A stretch of DNA of 49,190 nt from Thermoplasmata archaeon (GTDB taxonomy: Archaea; Thermoplasmatota; Thermoplasmata; Halarchaeoplasmatales; Halarchaeoplasmataceae): positions 1-49,190 of the forward strand of contig JAFDUB010000001.1 in NCBI GenBank assembly GCA_019594025.1. Direction: 5' to 3'. The notes beneath the pieces were generated by a model. It did not search any database. It was not told the origin of the DNA and saw nothing but the letters and a program-made list of their open reading frames with translations. Of this stretch, positions 9,076-18,529 are shown one piece after another. The translations under genes and the position numbers were made by a program. Each line of letters starts with the position of its first letter. The first letter of the stretch is position 1.

Positions 9076-10399
9076 GGTATTTCTTTATTTCCCAGTCCGT
9101 AACCTGCTGCCTGTATTGATCCCAATCCTCTTTTTTTACATGAAGGAAGTGTTTATGGACGTGCTCACCCAATACATCCTTCATAAAATCACTCTCTTCG
9201 ATGTATGAAATCGCGTGACCAAGGTTCGCTGGAAGTGATTGTATTCTCCGATCCTCTCTCTCTTTGGGACTCATGGAGAATATATCGTCCTCCACCGGTT
9301 CAGGAGGTTGGATCTTATTCTCGATACCATCCAATCCGGATGCAAGCAGTACCGCGAACTGCAGATAAGGATTACCGGCGGGATCTGGATTTCTGACCTC
9401 TAACCTGGTGGCTTTACCCCTACCGGCGGGAACTCTAGCTAGTACGCTGCGGTTAAGGTGGGCCCATGAAACATATACCGGTGCCTCGTAACCAGGCACT
9501 AATCGTTTGTAGGAATTTACCCAAGAAGCAAGTATACCGCACACCTCCCTTGCATGTTCCAATATTCCTCCAGTGTAGTACTTCATCGTCTGGCTGAGTC
9601 CATCTGGACCCTCCGGGTCGTAGAATATGTTCTTACCACTCTCATCCATGAAACTTTGATGTATGTGCATCCCTGTACCGTTGACACCGGTGATGGGTTT
9701 GGGCATGAATGTCGCGTGTAGTGAATTCAGCTTGGCCACCGTCTTGATGCAGTGTTTGAGTGTTAGAATTTTATCGGCCATACGGATAGCGTCTCCGTAA
9801 CGCAGGTCGATCTCATGCTGTCCCGCGGACACCTCATGATGGGAGGCCTCGACCTCAAATTCCATATCCTCGAAGTATAAACTACATTCTTTTCGCACCT
9901 TTTCCGTCCTATCTAGAGGCATAAGGTCAAAGTATCCACCACTATCATCAGGGATGTTGGTTGGGTCCCCGTTTTCATCATGTCTGAACAAAAAGAATTC
10001 GAACTCAGGACCTACATTGAAATGATATCCCATATCCTTAGCACGATCGATAGTTTTTTTCAACAGATACCTAGGGTCACCCTCGAATCGGTTGCCATCG
10101 GAATCGTATATATCACAGATCATGCTTCCTGTTTTTATGGAGTTATCACTCCATGGATAGATAAGAAAAGTGCTCAGATCTGGATAAGCCCTCAGATCAG
10201 ATTCATCTATTGTTGCGTAGCCAAGTATCGACGAACCATCAAAAAGGATACCATCTTCTATGGCATGGGGTAGATGGGTAGCCGGTATAGAAACGGTTTT
10301 TACCATCCCCTGTATATCCATAAACTGCAGCTCCACGAACTTAACGTTTTCCTCTTTTATACGGGCAATAACGTCCTGTGTTAGCCTTTCTCTCTGCAT
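9062..10399 (-). CDS. glnA: Glutamine synthetase type I
   Basis: 445 aa with a beta-grasp N-domain (VKFVELQFMDIQGMVKTVSIP). Catalytic blocks are GPEFEFFLF, HHEVSAGQHEIDLRY, KPITGVNGTGMHIHQS and NSYKRLVPGYEAP. Confidence 0.95.
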   Translation of the reverse strand: MQRERLTQDVIARIKEENVKFVELQFMDIQGMVKTVSIPATHLPHAIEDGILFDGSSILGYATIDESDLRAYPDLSTFLIYPWSDNSIKTGSMICDIYDSDGNRFEGDPRYLLKKTIDRAKDMGYHFNVGPEFEFFLFRHDENGDPTNIPDDSGGYFDLMPLDRTEKVRKECSLYFEDMEFEVEASHHEVSAGQHEIDLRYGDAIRMADKILTLKHCIKTVAKLNSLHATFMPKPITGVNGTGMHIHQSFMDESGKNIFYDPEGPDGLSQTMKYYTGGILEHAREVCGILASWVNSYKRLVPGYEAPVYVSWAHLNRSVLARVPAGRGKATRLEVRNPDPAGNPYLQFAVLLASGLDGIENKIQPPEPVEDDIFSMSPKEREDRRIQSLPANLGHAISYIEESDFMKDVLGEHVHKHFLHVKKEDWDQYRQQVTDWEIKKYLATL

Positions 10400-10415
10400 A
10401 GCCGCAATTATTTTT

Positions 10416-10432
10416 CATGCTTTTTAAGCATG
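10416..10432. promoter_or_regulatory. Perfect inverted repeat CATGCTT-N3-AAGCATG between glnA and rubredoxin (candidate operator or 5'-UTR hairpin)
   Basis: Read directly from the sequence. The 7-bp arms lie 17-33 nt upstream of the glnA ATG (10399), downstream of an AT-rich TATA-like stretch on the minus strand. Confidence 0.4.
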
Positions 10433-10499
10433 TCGGCTCGGAAAGACAAATATACGATAAAGGCCGTTATGTTTAGTAAAAGAAAAAAGGTGATACCAT

Positions 10500-10658
10500 A
10501 TGGACAAATACTGCTGCGATGTATGCTCTTATGTTTACGACCCTGAAAGAGGGGACATAGTCGGATCCATCGATAAAGGAACCTCATTCGAAGATCTGCC
10601 AGAGGGATGGAAGTGCCCGGTTTGCGGTGCTATATGTGAAGAATTTACAAAGGATTGA
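10500..10658 (+). CDS. Rubredoxin (52 aa; absent from the ORF track)
   Basis: Hand translation gives MDKYCCDVCSYVYDPERGDIVGSIDKGTSFEDLPEGWKCPVCGAICEEFTKD. It has CxxC and WxCPxCG iron-binding knuckles. A GGTGAT Shine-Dalgarno lies 5 nt upstream and an in-frame TGA lies 3 codons upstream. It ends 6 nt before fprA. Confidence 0.88.
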   Translation: MDKYCCDVCSYVYDPERGDIVGSIDKGTSFEDLPEGWKCPVCGAICEEFTKD

Positions 10659-10664
10659 AACACA

Positions 10665-11828
10665 ATGTCTGTGAGAAAGCTAAAAGAAGGAGTTTACGAA
10701 GTAGGTGCTGTAGATTGGGACAGAGAAATCTTCGACGAACTAATACCTCTACCGGACGGTACAAGCTACAACGCCTATCTAATTCAGGGCAGCGAAAAGG
10801 TCGCTCTATTAGACACTGTAGATCCAACAAAGGAATCGGTGCTGATGAGAAATTTAGAGTCCCTGGATATCGACCATATCGATTACGTGATATCACATCA
10901 CGCCGAGCAGGACCATTCCGGTTCTATACCGGCCATCCTAGAAAGATTTCCAGACGCCAAAGTTGTTACCAACGCCAAATGTAAGGGCATGTTGATTGAT
11001 CACCTGCACATCCCCGAGGGTAAATTCACAGAGGTGGAGGACGGTTCAGAAATATCTTTGGGAGATAAAACACTGCGTTTCGTTTTAACACCCTGGGTAC
11101 ATTGGCCGGAAACCATGTGTACCTATTTACCGGAAATGAAGATAATTTTCACCTGCGATTTCTTCGGCTCCCACCTAGCTACCAGCGACCTTTTTGTAAG
11201 GGACAAAAGAAAAACATACCTGGCCGCCAAACGATATTACGCTGAAATAATGATGCCGTTCAGAAGATTAATCAAAGGGCATCTGAAAAAATTGGACGAG
11301 CTTGAGTTCGATATCATAGCCACCAGCCACGGGCCGATATACGATGAACCAGAATTCATAATCGACGCTTACAAAGATTGGGTATCCGACGAAGTTAAAA
11401 ACGAAGTTATCGTCCCCTACGTATCCATGCACGGCAGCACCGAAGTGATGGTTAACCATCTAGTCGATACGTTAATGGAGAAGGGTATAAAGGTCACACC
11501 TTATAACCTTACCACAACCAACCTTGGAGAGCTGGCGATGTCTACAGTAGACGCTTCTACTATCGTTTTAGGAACACCGACGGTTTTAACCGGCCCCCAT
11601 CCTAAAGCCTTCTACGCGGCATACCTCGTCAACGCTCTCCGCCCTAAAACCAAATATGTATCTCTAATCGGTTCCTATGGATGGGGTGGAAGGATGCCCG
11701 AGATGATAAAGGACACCCTAAAAAATCTCGACGCAAAGATGATAGATCCAGTCATTGTAAAAGGCCTACCGTCCCAGGAGGACCTAAAAGAAATAGAAAG
11801 GCTGGCGGAAGACATTATGGAAGCATAG
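10665..11828 (+). CDS. fprA: Flavodiiron protein (FprA / rubredoxin:oxygen oxidoreductase-like)
   Basis: 387 aa. The metallo-beta-lactamase-like domain carries the di-iron motif SHHAEQDHSG. The C-terminal flavodoxin-like domain reads VIVPYVSMHGSTE...GTPT. Confidence 0.9.
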   Translation: MSVRKLKEGVYEVGAVDWDREIFDELIPLPDGTSYNAYLIQGSEKVALLDTVDPTKESVLMRNLESLDIDHIDYVISHHAEQDHSGSIPAILERFPDAKVVTNAKCKGMLIDHLHIPEGKFTEVEDGSEISLGDKTLRFVLTPWVHWPETMCTYLPEMKIIFTCDFFGSHLATSDLFVRDKRKTYLAAKRYYAEIMMPFRRLIKGHLKKLDELEFDIIATSHGPIYDEPEFIIDAYKDWVSDEVKNEVIVPYVSMHGSTEVMVNHLVDTLMEKGIKVTPYNLTTTNLGELAMSTVDASTIVLGTPTVLTGPHPKAFYAAYLVNALRPKTKYVSLIGSYGWGGRMPEMIKDTLKNLDAKMIDPVIVKGLPSQEDLKEIERLAEDIMEA

Positions 11829-11829
11829 C

Positions 11830-14800
11830 TCAAAGGTCGTCTATCAACTTCTCAGCCCGTTCACTCCAGGGATTCATCCCCATCTCCTCGAATTTATCCT
11901 TTGCAATGGATAGATTTCTTATTCCCATCTCAATATCATTTGCTTCAAGGTGGGTTTTGCCTAATTCGTAATATGCTCTAGCTAACTCAATCTCTTTATT
12001 TGATTTTTCAAGGGTCTCTACCACTTGATTCAACTCTTTTAAACTCCTTTCCAGGTCTCCTTCTTCCCTAAACGCCGTGCCGCTTATTCTCATACACACC
12101 ATCTCTCCTAAGGTGGTGCCTACTTCTCTTGAAATTCTCAAACCTTCGTCTATTCTTTTACGAGCTTTTTTTAAGTCTCCACTTTTTATAAACAACTCCC
12201 CCAAGTATCCACAGATTTCGATGTTTTCATATTTCTCACCGATTTTTTTGTGGAAATCATAGCTTTTTTCGTAAAGTCGAATAGCTTCATCGATCTCCCC
12301 CCGCTCCTTTTTTATCTCCCCCTGAAGGCTGTTCACCATAGCGACACCTTTCATATCTCCGATCTCATTCAATAAGTCCGATGCCTGGTTTACGTACTCC
12401 TCAGCCTGTTTCAGTTCTCCTTTCAATATATGCACGTTACTCATGAATCCAAGTGACATGGCCCACCCCTGTTTATCTCCCATCTCCTTACGTAGGGACA
12501 GACCTTTTGTTTGATACTCGATGGCTTGGTCTAGATCTCCCATGTCTAAATGTACGATACCAAGATTGTTGGTAGCCATGGCCATTCCCCTTTTATCACC
12601 TATACTTTTAAAGATCTTTAAAGCACGATCAAAATTTTCCTCAGCCTCTGTAAGCTCGTCGTTCATATATTGAAGTGTACCAAGGTTTGCCAATATGGCC
12701 GCCATGCCGCCTTTATCTCCGATATCCTTTTCAATTTCCAAACATCTTTTGTAAGTGTCAAGTGCTTTGTTGATTTCTCCTCTACATTTATAAACAACAC
12801 CGATGTTATTCAGAGACTTCGCTATACTTCTTTTATCCCCTATTTTTTCACGTATCTTCAGAGCCTCTTTTAAGTATTTATTAGCTTCCTCGTACTTTCC
12901 TTTATGAATCATCAAAGTACCTAAGTTATGATTTGAATTACTCTGCAGTTTTTCATCGCAGAAATCTTTAGATAACTCCTTCTCCTTCTCAAACATCTCT
13001 CCAGCCCCTTCAAAATCACCCTTTTGCATTAAGGTCCAGCCCTTCACTTCGTACAATCTGCAGGTTTCTACAGGATCTTCGTCGTATGTTTTAAGTGCCC
13101 TATCCACCAGTTCCTCCGCCTTTTCAAAATCGCCCTGGGTCTCCCATGTTCTAGCTATCTTCCGGTACATTCTTTGTATTCTTGACGTGTCATCCGTTTC
13201 TTCAACTATTCTTTCGTAATGCTCCCTGGAGGAAGATAGGTTACCCAAGAGTGAATTTACATCGCCCAAATTCTCTAGTAGTTTGAATCCGATGTCGCCT
13301 TTCTCTTTATCCCATAAATCCAGGGCCTCTTGGTACATCTTCAAGGCATCTTCCTGTGCATACACCTCCTCGGCACGTTTTCCGGCTTTATAATAATAGG
13401 AGATTGCCTTATCGGTGTTCCCGGCATTCTCAAAGTGGTTGGATAAATCAGAATAGTAATCCACTAAGTTGTTTTTATGAAGCTCTTCAATCTTTTCAGC
13501 GACTGTTTTATGCAGCCTTTTTTTCTTTATATCCGGTATGCTGTTGTATGCTGCTAGATGCACTAATGCATGGGTAAAGGCAAACATTTCTTCCTCAGGC
13601 AGTTCTTTCCATAAGTTCGTACCGAGCAGGACGTCTATATGATCAAAGGCGTCTAACTCTTCCATACCACATGTGTTCAACAATAGATCAAAGGGTATTT
13701 CCTCTCCAATTACACATCCCAGATGTAGAATTCTCCGAGTATCATCGGACAGCTGATCAAAACGTCTTTCTATGATGTTGATTATTATATTAGGTATGTT
13801 TATTGCTTTCGGGTCGTCGGGATAACGATTTTTTTTAGGGTCCAAATTACCTTCCTCCATTAGTCTTTTTATACATTCTTTAATGAAAAGCGGATTTCCC
13901 TCGGAAAGGTCATGAAGTAATTTCACAAAATCCGTTGGCACACTCGATACTCCCAACATTGCGGTTATTATCTTTTTCGTGTGTTTCCACTTTAACGGTT
14001 TTAATTCCAGCTCGTTGTAAATCCTCTCCCTTCTCATCCTTTGGCGTACCTCTTTTAATAAATCGTTCATCTTTACATCCCGAGGTCGGAAGGCACCAAT
14101 CACCAGCACTTTGGAATCCAATAGGTTCTCTGAAAGGTAATGCGTAAGCTGAAGAGTTGCCGCATCCGCCCATTGAATATCATCCAAGAATATGAGCAGT
14201 GGCTTCTTTTTAGCGAGGATACGTATATCCTCGGCAATCTCGAAAAAAGTCGCTCTCCTTTGATAATCGAACATCTTTTTATCTTCCGCACGGGGTCCGG
14301 ACTTGCCTGGATATATGGATGTAAGTTGAAAATGAGTATCCTTGTTTTTTGTGAATTCCTCGAAGGCCTTTTTAAAAGGTAGATATGGGTCCGAACTTTC
14401 AAAGTATGCTTTACCTGAAAGGAACACGAATCCTTTCTTTTTGGAATACTTTTTAAATTCTGATATCAAGCGTGTTTTTCCTATCCCTGAGTCACCAACT
14501 ACGAAAAGGACCATTCCTCCCTCTTCCTCCACCTCCTTCAAGGTTCGTTTGAGAAAATTCATCTCCTTTTTTCGATCGATGAATATATCCTCCTCTATAT
14601 CATCAACTTTAGTCAGGTCCAGGACTCCCTCGTCGTTTACTCTTGAAAGAGAGGTTAGAAGGGGATTGTCGCCCTTTATATATTGGTCTATGTCTTTTAC
14701 CATGACTTCACTTTTACCTTCGGGAGTGAGAATTGTTATTTTTTTGCCGTTGAATTTTTTAATTAAATACTGTGCCTTCCGAACTCCTTTTGGAGTAAGA

Positions 14801-15036
14801 AAATACACCTTCCTCTTTCTTTTCATTCCCTTTACACGCTTGATATCCTCCTCTATAAGACCTGTTTCATCCTCTACAATCTTACGTATCTCCTGACTTA
14901 AATGCGGTCTGCTGACTCCGACCGCATCGGCGATACCCGGTTGAGATATCTCATAGGGCACCTCGATTTTAGACTTGAGTTTATAGTATGGATATAAGTG
15001 TATTAATATCCTCTCTTTAACTGTTGACGACACCAT
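11830..15036 (-). CDS. wHTH - STAND/AAA_16 ATPase - TPR-array protein
   Basis: The probable start is the ATG at 15036 (MVSSTVKERIL...), not 15123. The N-terminal winged-HTH-like region reads ISQPGIADAVGVSRPHLSQEIRKI. Walker A is GDSGIGKT and Walker B/sensor is LLIFLDDIQWAD. More than 10 TPR-like repeats follow (...AISYYYKAGK..., NNIGVVYKCRGEINKALDTYKRCLEI...). Confidence 0.8.
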   Translation of the reverse strand: MVSSTVKERILIHLYPYYKLKSKIEVPYEISQPGIADAVGVSRPHLSQEIRKIVEDETGLIEEDIKRVKGMKRKRKVYFLTPKGVRKAQYLIKKFNGKKITILTPEGKSEVMVKDIDQYIKGDNPLLTSLSRVNDEGVLDLTKVDDIEEDIFIDRKKEMNFLKRTLKEVEEEGGMVLFVVGDSGIGKTRLISEFKKYSKKKGFVFLSGKAYFESSDPYLPFKKAFEEFTKNKDTHFQLTSIYPGKSGPRAEDKKMFDYQRRATFFEIAEDIRILAKKKPLLIFLDDIQWADAATLQLTHYLSENLLDSKVLVIGAFRPRDVKMNDLLKEVRQRMRRERIYNELELKPLKWKHTKKIITAMLGVSSVPTDFVKLLHDLSEGNPLFIKECIKRLMEEGNLDPKKNRYPDDPKAINIPNIIINIIERRFDQLSDDTRRILHLGCVIGEEIPFDLLLNTCGMEELDAFDHIDVLLGTNLWKELPEEEMFAFTHALVHLAAYNSIPDIKKKRLHKTVAEKIEELHKNNLVDYYSDLSNHFENAGNTDKAISYYYKAGKRAEEVYAQEDALKMYQEALDLWDKEKGDIGFKLLENLGDVNSLLGNLSSSREHYERIVEETDDTSRIQRMYRKIARTWETQGDFEKAEELVDRALKTYDEDPVETCRLYEVKGWTLMQKGDFEGAGEMFEKEKELSKDFCDEKLQSNSNHNLGTLMIHKGKYEEANKYLKEALKIREKIGDKRSIAKSLNNIGVVYKCRGEINKALDTYKRCLEIEKDIGDKGGMAAILANLGTLQYMNDELTEAEENFDRALKIFKSIGDKRGMAMATNNLGIVHLDMGDLDQAIEYQTKGLSLRKEMGDKQGWAMSLGFMSNVHILKGELKQAEEYVNQASDLLNEIGDMKGVAMVNSLQGEIKKERGEIDEAIRLYEKSYDFHKKIGEKYENIEICGYLGELFIKSGDLKKARKRIDEGLRISREVGTTLGEMVCMRISGTAFREEGDLERSLKELNQVVETLEKSNKEIELARAYYELGKTHLEANDIEMGIRNLSIAKDKFEEMGMNPWSERAEKLIDDL

Positions 15037-15131
15037 GGGACAAAGGGGTAATCGTGTGGTGATAAGTAAATTTTTCCTCTGTTTCCCACCGAAAAGTAAT
15101 AACAATAGTGTTCTATAGTCCACATAGTGAT

Positions 15132-16115
15132 ATGATGGATGTATTCGTTACCAGACGCATACCCGAGTCAGGACTGAAAAAGATAACTCAAAAGTACGAT
15201 ACCTATGTCAGTCCTAAACCACGTAGGCTGACAAAGGAGGAGATAATAGAAGGTGTCAAAGGAAAGGATGCCCTGCTGTGTATATTGACAGACATTATAG
15301 ACGAAGAGATAATCGAGGCGGGGGAGGACCTAAAAGTCATCTCTAACTATGCGGTTGGGTACGACAATATCGATGTTGAAAGCGCTACCAAGAGGGGTAT
15401 TGCGGTAACCAATACACCCGGAGTACTCACAAACGCAACGGCCGAACTCGCATTCGCTTTAATCCTGGCGGTGGCTAGAAACATCACGTTAGGCGATAAG
15501 TTCGTCCGAGAGGATAGATTCGAGGGGTGGGACCCCACTTTATTGGTTGGTAGCGAATTAGCTGGTAACGTGATCGGTATAGTTGGCATGGGGAACATAG
15601 GCACAGCGGTGGCCCACAGAGCAAAGGCCTTCAACATGGATGTTATTTATTTCAACAGGAGCAGGGTGGATGAGGTAGAAAGAGAGATAGATGCAAAATT
15701 CGTTGATTTCGAAGAACTTTTAAAACGAGCCGACTTCGTATCACTCCACGTACCGCTTACCGAAGAGACCAAACACATGGTAAGTTGGAATGAACTAGAT
15801 ATGATGAAAGACACCGCTTACCTAATAAACACCGCCAGAGGCGAAGTCGTGGAGGAAAAAGCTCTTATCGAGGCTTTGAAAGGCGACAAGATCGCCGGGG
15901 CCGGAGTTGACGTTTTCGCGGACGAACCCTATGGAGCTAATCCGGGCTACTACGACCTGGATAATGTGGTTCTGGCACCCCACCTCGGCAGCGCATCTCA
16001 TAGGGCTAGGAACGGTATGGCGGAGATGGCGGCAGACAATCTCATCGCCGTGTTGGATGGTAAAATGCCGGAAAATATAGTTAATCCCGAGGTATTCGAA
16101 AATGGAGGATATTAA
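15132..16115 (+). CDS. gyaR: Glyoxylate/hydroxypyruvate reductase (D-2-hydroxyacid dehydrogenase family)
   Basis: Strong resemblance to archaeal GyaR: VFVTRRIPESG, ISNYAVGYDNIDVESATKRGI, GIVGMGNIGTAVA, NTARGEVV and APHLGSAS. The start is likely the Met at 15132/15135 rather than 15108. Confidence 0.85.
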   Translation: MMDVFVTRRIPESGLKKITQKYDTYVSPKPRRLTKEEIIEGVKGKDALLCILTDIIDEEIIEAGEDLKVISNYAVGYDNIDVESATKRGIAVTNTPGVLTNATAELAFALILAVARNITLGDKFVREDRFEGWDPTLLVGSELAGNVIGIVGMGNIGTAVAHRAKAFNMDVIYFNRSRVDEVEREIDAKFVDFEELLKRADFVSLHVPLTEETKHMVSWNELDMMKDTAYLINTARGEVVEEKALIEALKGDKIAGAGVDVFADEPYGANPGYYDLDNVVLAPHLGSASHRARNGMAEMAADNLIAVLDGKMPENIVNPEVFENGGY

Positions 16116-17247
16116 TGTGATAAACAATCAAGTAAGGCGTATGAAACTCAGTGGAATCAGAAAGATGTTCAAGTTGGCAGACGAAACTACCATAAATCTT
16201 GGACTCGGACAGCCTGATTTTCAGCCACCGGAGGATGTGATAGAGGTGTATTGGAAGGCCATGCTGGATGGCAACAACTGTTATGGCTCTACCTATGGTT
16301 TTCCTGCGTTACGAGACGAGATAGCACATCATCAATCCAAATACAGGTCGGACTTAATCGGTGAGAATATAATGATAACCGTGGGCGCTACCCAGGCGTT
16401 AAGAATTGCACTGGAATCCACCGTGGATAAGGGAAATGAAGTTCTTTATCCCGAACCGGGATTCGTTCTTTACGCCCCTCAAATAAGGCTTACCGGTGCA
16501 AAACCGGTCCCCTATCCGGTCCACCAGAACAATGATTTTATTCCATCACTTGAGAAGCTGGAAGAGCTTCGCACATCTAAGACAAAAGCTATAATCGTGA
16601 ACTCCCCAGGTAACCCTACCGGCGGAGTGTTCGCCGAAAAGGCGGTTAAACAAATAACGGAATGGGCCAGAGAGAACGACATGCTGATAATATCTGACGA
16701 AGTCTATGAGATGATGGTATACGAGGGGAACCACGTTTCCTTCCTCGGAGACTACGATAACGTTATTTCCATCAATTCATTTTCAAAGACGTTCGCCATG
16801 ACTGGTTGGCGAATAGGTTTCATGGTCACCCAAAGTGACTGGATAGAGCAGATCGGAAAATTACATTATTATACCGTCGCATGCCCTCCCACGCCGCCTC
16901 AACACGCCATACTTTACGCACTAAAAGAGCGTCTGGATTTCGTTGAAAATATGACTCGTACATTCAAAAAAAGAAGAGACGTTATCGTCTCCCGGTTGAA
17001 CGATATTCCCGGAATCGATTGTATAACCCCAAAGGGTGCTTTCTATGCATTCCCCTCCATCGATCTAGGCATGTCCTCGGATAAGTTCGCGCTCATGCTC
17101 CTTGAAAAAGGTGTTTTGGCAACACCGGGCAACGCATTTGGACCGGCAGGCGAGGGTCATATACGATTCTCCTATGCCAATTCAACCGAGAATATCCATA
17201 AAGCCATGGACATAATCGAAGAGATGGTGGAAGGATTGGACATATAA
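16102..17247 (+). CDS. Class I/II pyridoxal-phosphate aminotransferase (aspartate aminotransferase-like)
   Basis: 381 aa with LGLGQPDF, NPGNPTG and SFSKTFAMTGWRIG (PLP lysine motif). It overlaps gyaR by 14 nt. Confidence 0.85.
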   Translation: MEDINVINNQVRRMKLSGIRKMFKLADETTINLGLGQPDFQPPEDVIEVYWKAMLDGNNCYGSTYGFPALRDEIAHHQSKYRSDLIGENIMITVGATQALRIALESTVDKGNEVLYPEPGFVLYAPQIRLTGAKPVPYPVHQNNDFIPSLEKLEELRTSKTKAIIVNSPGNPTGGVFAEKAVKQITEWARENDMLIISDEVYEMMVYEGNHVSFLGDYDNVISINSFSKTFAMTGWRIGFMVTQSDWIEQIGKLHYYTVACPPTPPQHAILYALKERLDFVENMTRTFKKRRDVIVSRLNDIPGIDCITPKGAFYAFPSIDLGMSSDKFALMLLEKGVLATPGNAFGPAGEGHIRFSYANSTENIHKAMDIIEEMVEGLDI

Positions 17248-17262
17248 ATTCAGTGATAGAAT

Positions 17263-18504
17263 ATGAGTCGACCTTCACATAAGTTGCTAAAGGTGTTGTT
17301 CGTCACCGAGTCTTATCCCCCTAAAAGCTACGGTGGGGGAGAGATATCCTGCGCACTTTTAGCAGAAGCTCTTGCGGAGAGAGAGGATATAGAAGTTACG
17401 GTGCTAACGTCCGAAGTCGAGGGATTGAACCCGAGAGAAATTAAGAACGGTGTGAAGATAATTAGGAGCTTGAGAACCGGGAGTGACCGCAGTTCTTTAA
17501 AAGAAAATCTAAAGAGAAGGATGTACTTTAAAAAGTCCGTTAAAAATGAAATAAACAGAATTTCCCACGGATTCGATATTATACACTTTTTTAATATAAC
17601 TAGTATGATCAACGTGAATAAACCTTCCTTCGCCACCATCAACTCGTATCTTAATTTTTGTCCCAAGGGTAATCTGTTTTACAAGGATAGGGAAGTTTGT
17701 ACGGGCTGCAGCTTTTCAAAATTTATCGGATGTATAACTAAATCCGAGTACGTTGGGGGGTACAGATTAAAGAGCTTACTAAAATACAATCTATTCTTCT
17801 GGATCGCACTTTACTGGGATTACAAAAAAAGAAAAAAATGTTTGAAATATGTTGATCACTTTTTTAGCTTAAGTACATTTATAAATCAGCTACTCTCGAA
17901 TGAAAACGTTGATCTAGATAGGGTAACAAAGCTGGTCAACATACCTAGCATAACTAAGTCCACCCGAAATATCGATTTAGATAAAGACCGGCCTGTTGTG
18001 GCCTATATCGGAGACCTAAGTAAGATCAAGGGCGTGGATATGCTGATAAAGGCATTCAACCGCGTTAACGCCGGAGCAAAATTGATAATCGTCGGCCATG
18101 GACCGGAGAGAGAAAAACTTGAGAATTTAGCTGATTCCACTATCGAATTTTTAGGAAGAGTGGATCATGATTTGATGCATTCCGTGTACCGCCAGGCGGA
18201 CGTTATAGTAGTACCGTCTCTATGGCCTGAGCCTTTATCCCGGGTTCTTCTGGAATCGGCATGTTTTGGAAAACCGGTTATAGCCACTAAGGTGGGTGGC
18301 AGTCCGGACGTTGTTAAGGATGGGTACAACGGACTCCTTGTTGATCCTGTAGTAGGAGATCTTACGGACAAGTTGGAATATATCATACAAAAGGATGAGA
18401 AACGACGAATCATGAGCAAAAATATGAAAAAATATTATGAAGAGAAATTATCGGATGAAAGGCTAGTTAAAGATATCATAGAATCGTACAAGGAACACAT
18501 ATAA
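17263..18504 (+). CDS. Glycosyltransferase family 4 (GT-B)
   Basis: 413 aa with GGGEIS near the N-terminus and the E-x7-E motif EPLSRVLLE, followed by GKPVIATKVGG. Confidence 0.8.
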   Translation: MSRPSHKLLKVLFVTESYPPKSYGGGEISCALLAEALAEREDIEVTVLTSEVEGLNPREIKNGVKIIRSLRTGSDRSSLKENLKRRMYFKKSVKNEINRISHGFDIIHFFNITSMINVNKPSFATINSYLNFCPKGNLFYKDREVCTGCSFSKFIGCITKSEYVGGYRLKSLLKYNLFFWIALYWDYKKRKKCLKYVDHFFSLSTFINQLLSNENVDLDRVTKLVNIPSITKSTRNIDLDKDRPVVAYIGDLSKIKGVDMLIKAFNRVNAGAKLIIVGHGPEREKLENLADSTIEFLGRVDHDLMHSVYRQADVIVVPSLWPEPLSRVLLESACFGKPVIATKVGGSPDVVKDGYNGLLVDPVVGDLTDKLEYIIQKDEKRRIMSKNMKKYYEEKLSDERLVKDIIESYKEHI

Positions 18505-18529
18505 TATGTTAAAAAGGATTTGAGCACAG

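Noticed and set aside
15037-15123. Longer start (ATG at 15123) for the STAND-TPR gene, overlapping the divergent gyaR ORF start at 15108.
   Set aside because: The extra residues (MDYRTLLLLLFGGKQRKNLLITTRLPLCP) look like read-through of the intergenic region. Using 15036 and 15132 as starts restores a divergent promoter region of about 95 nt.
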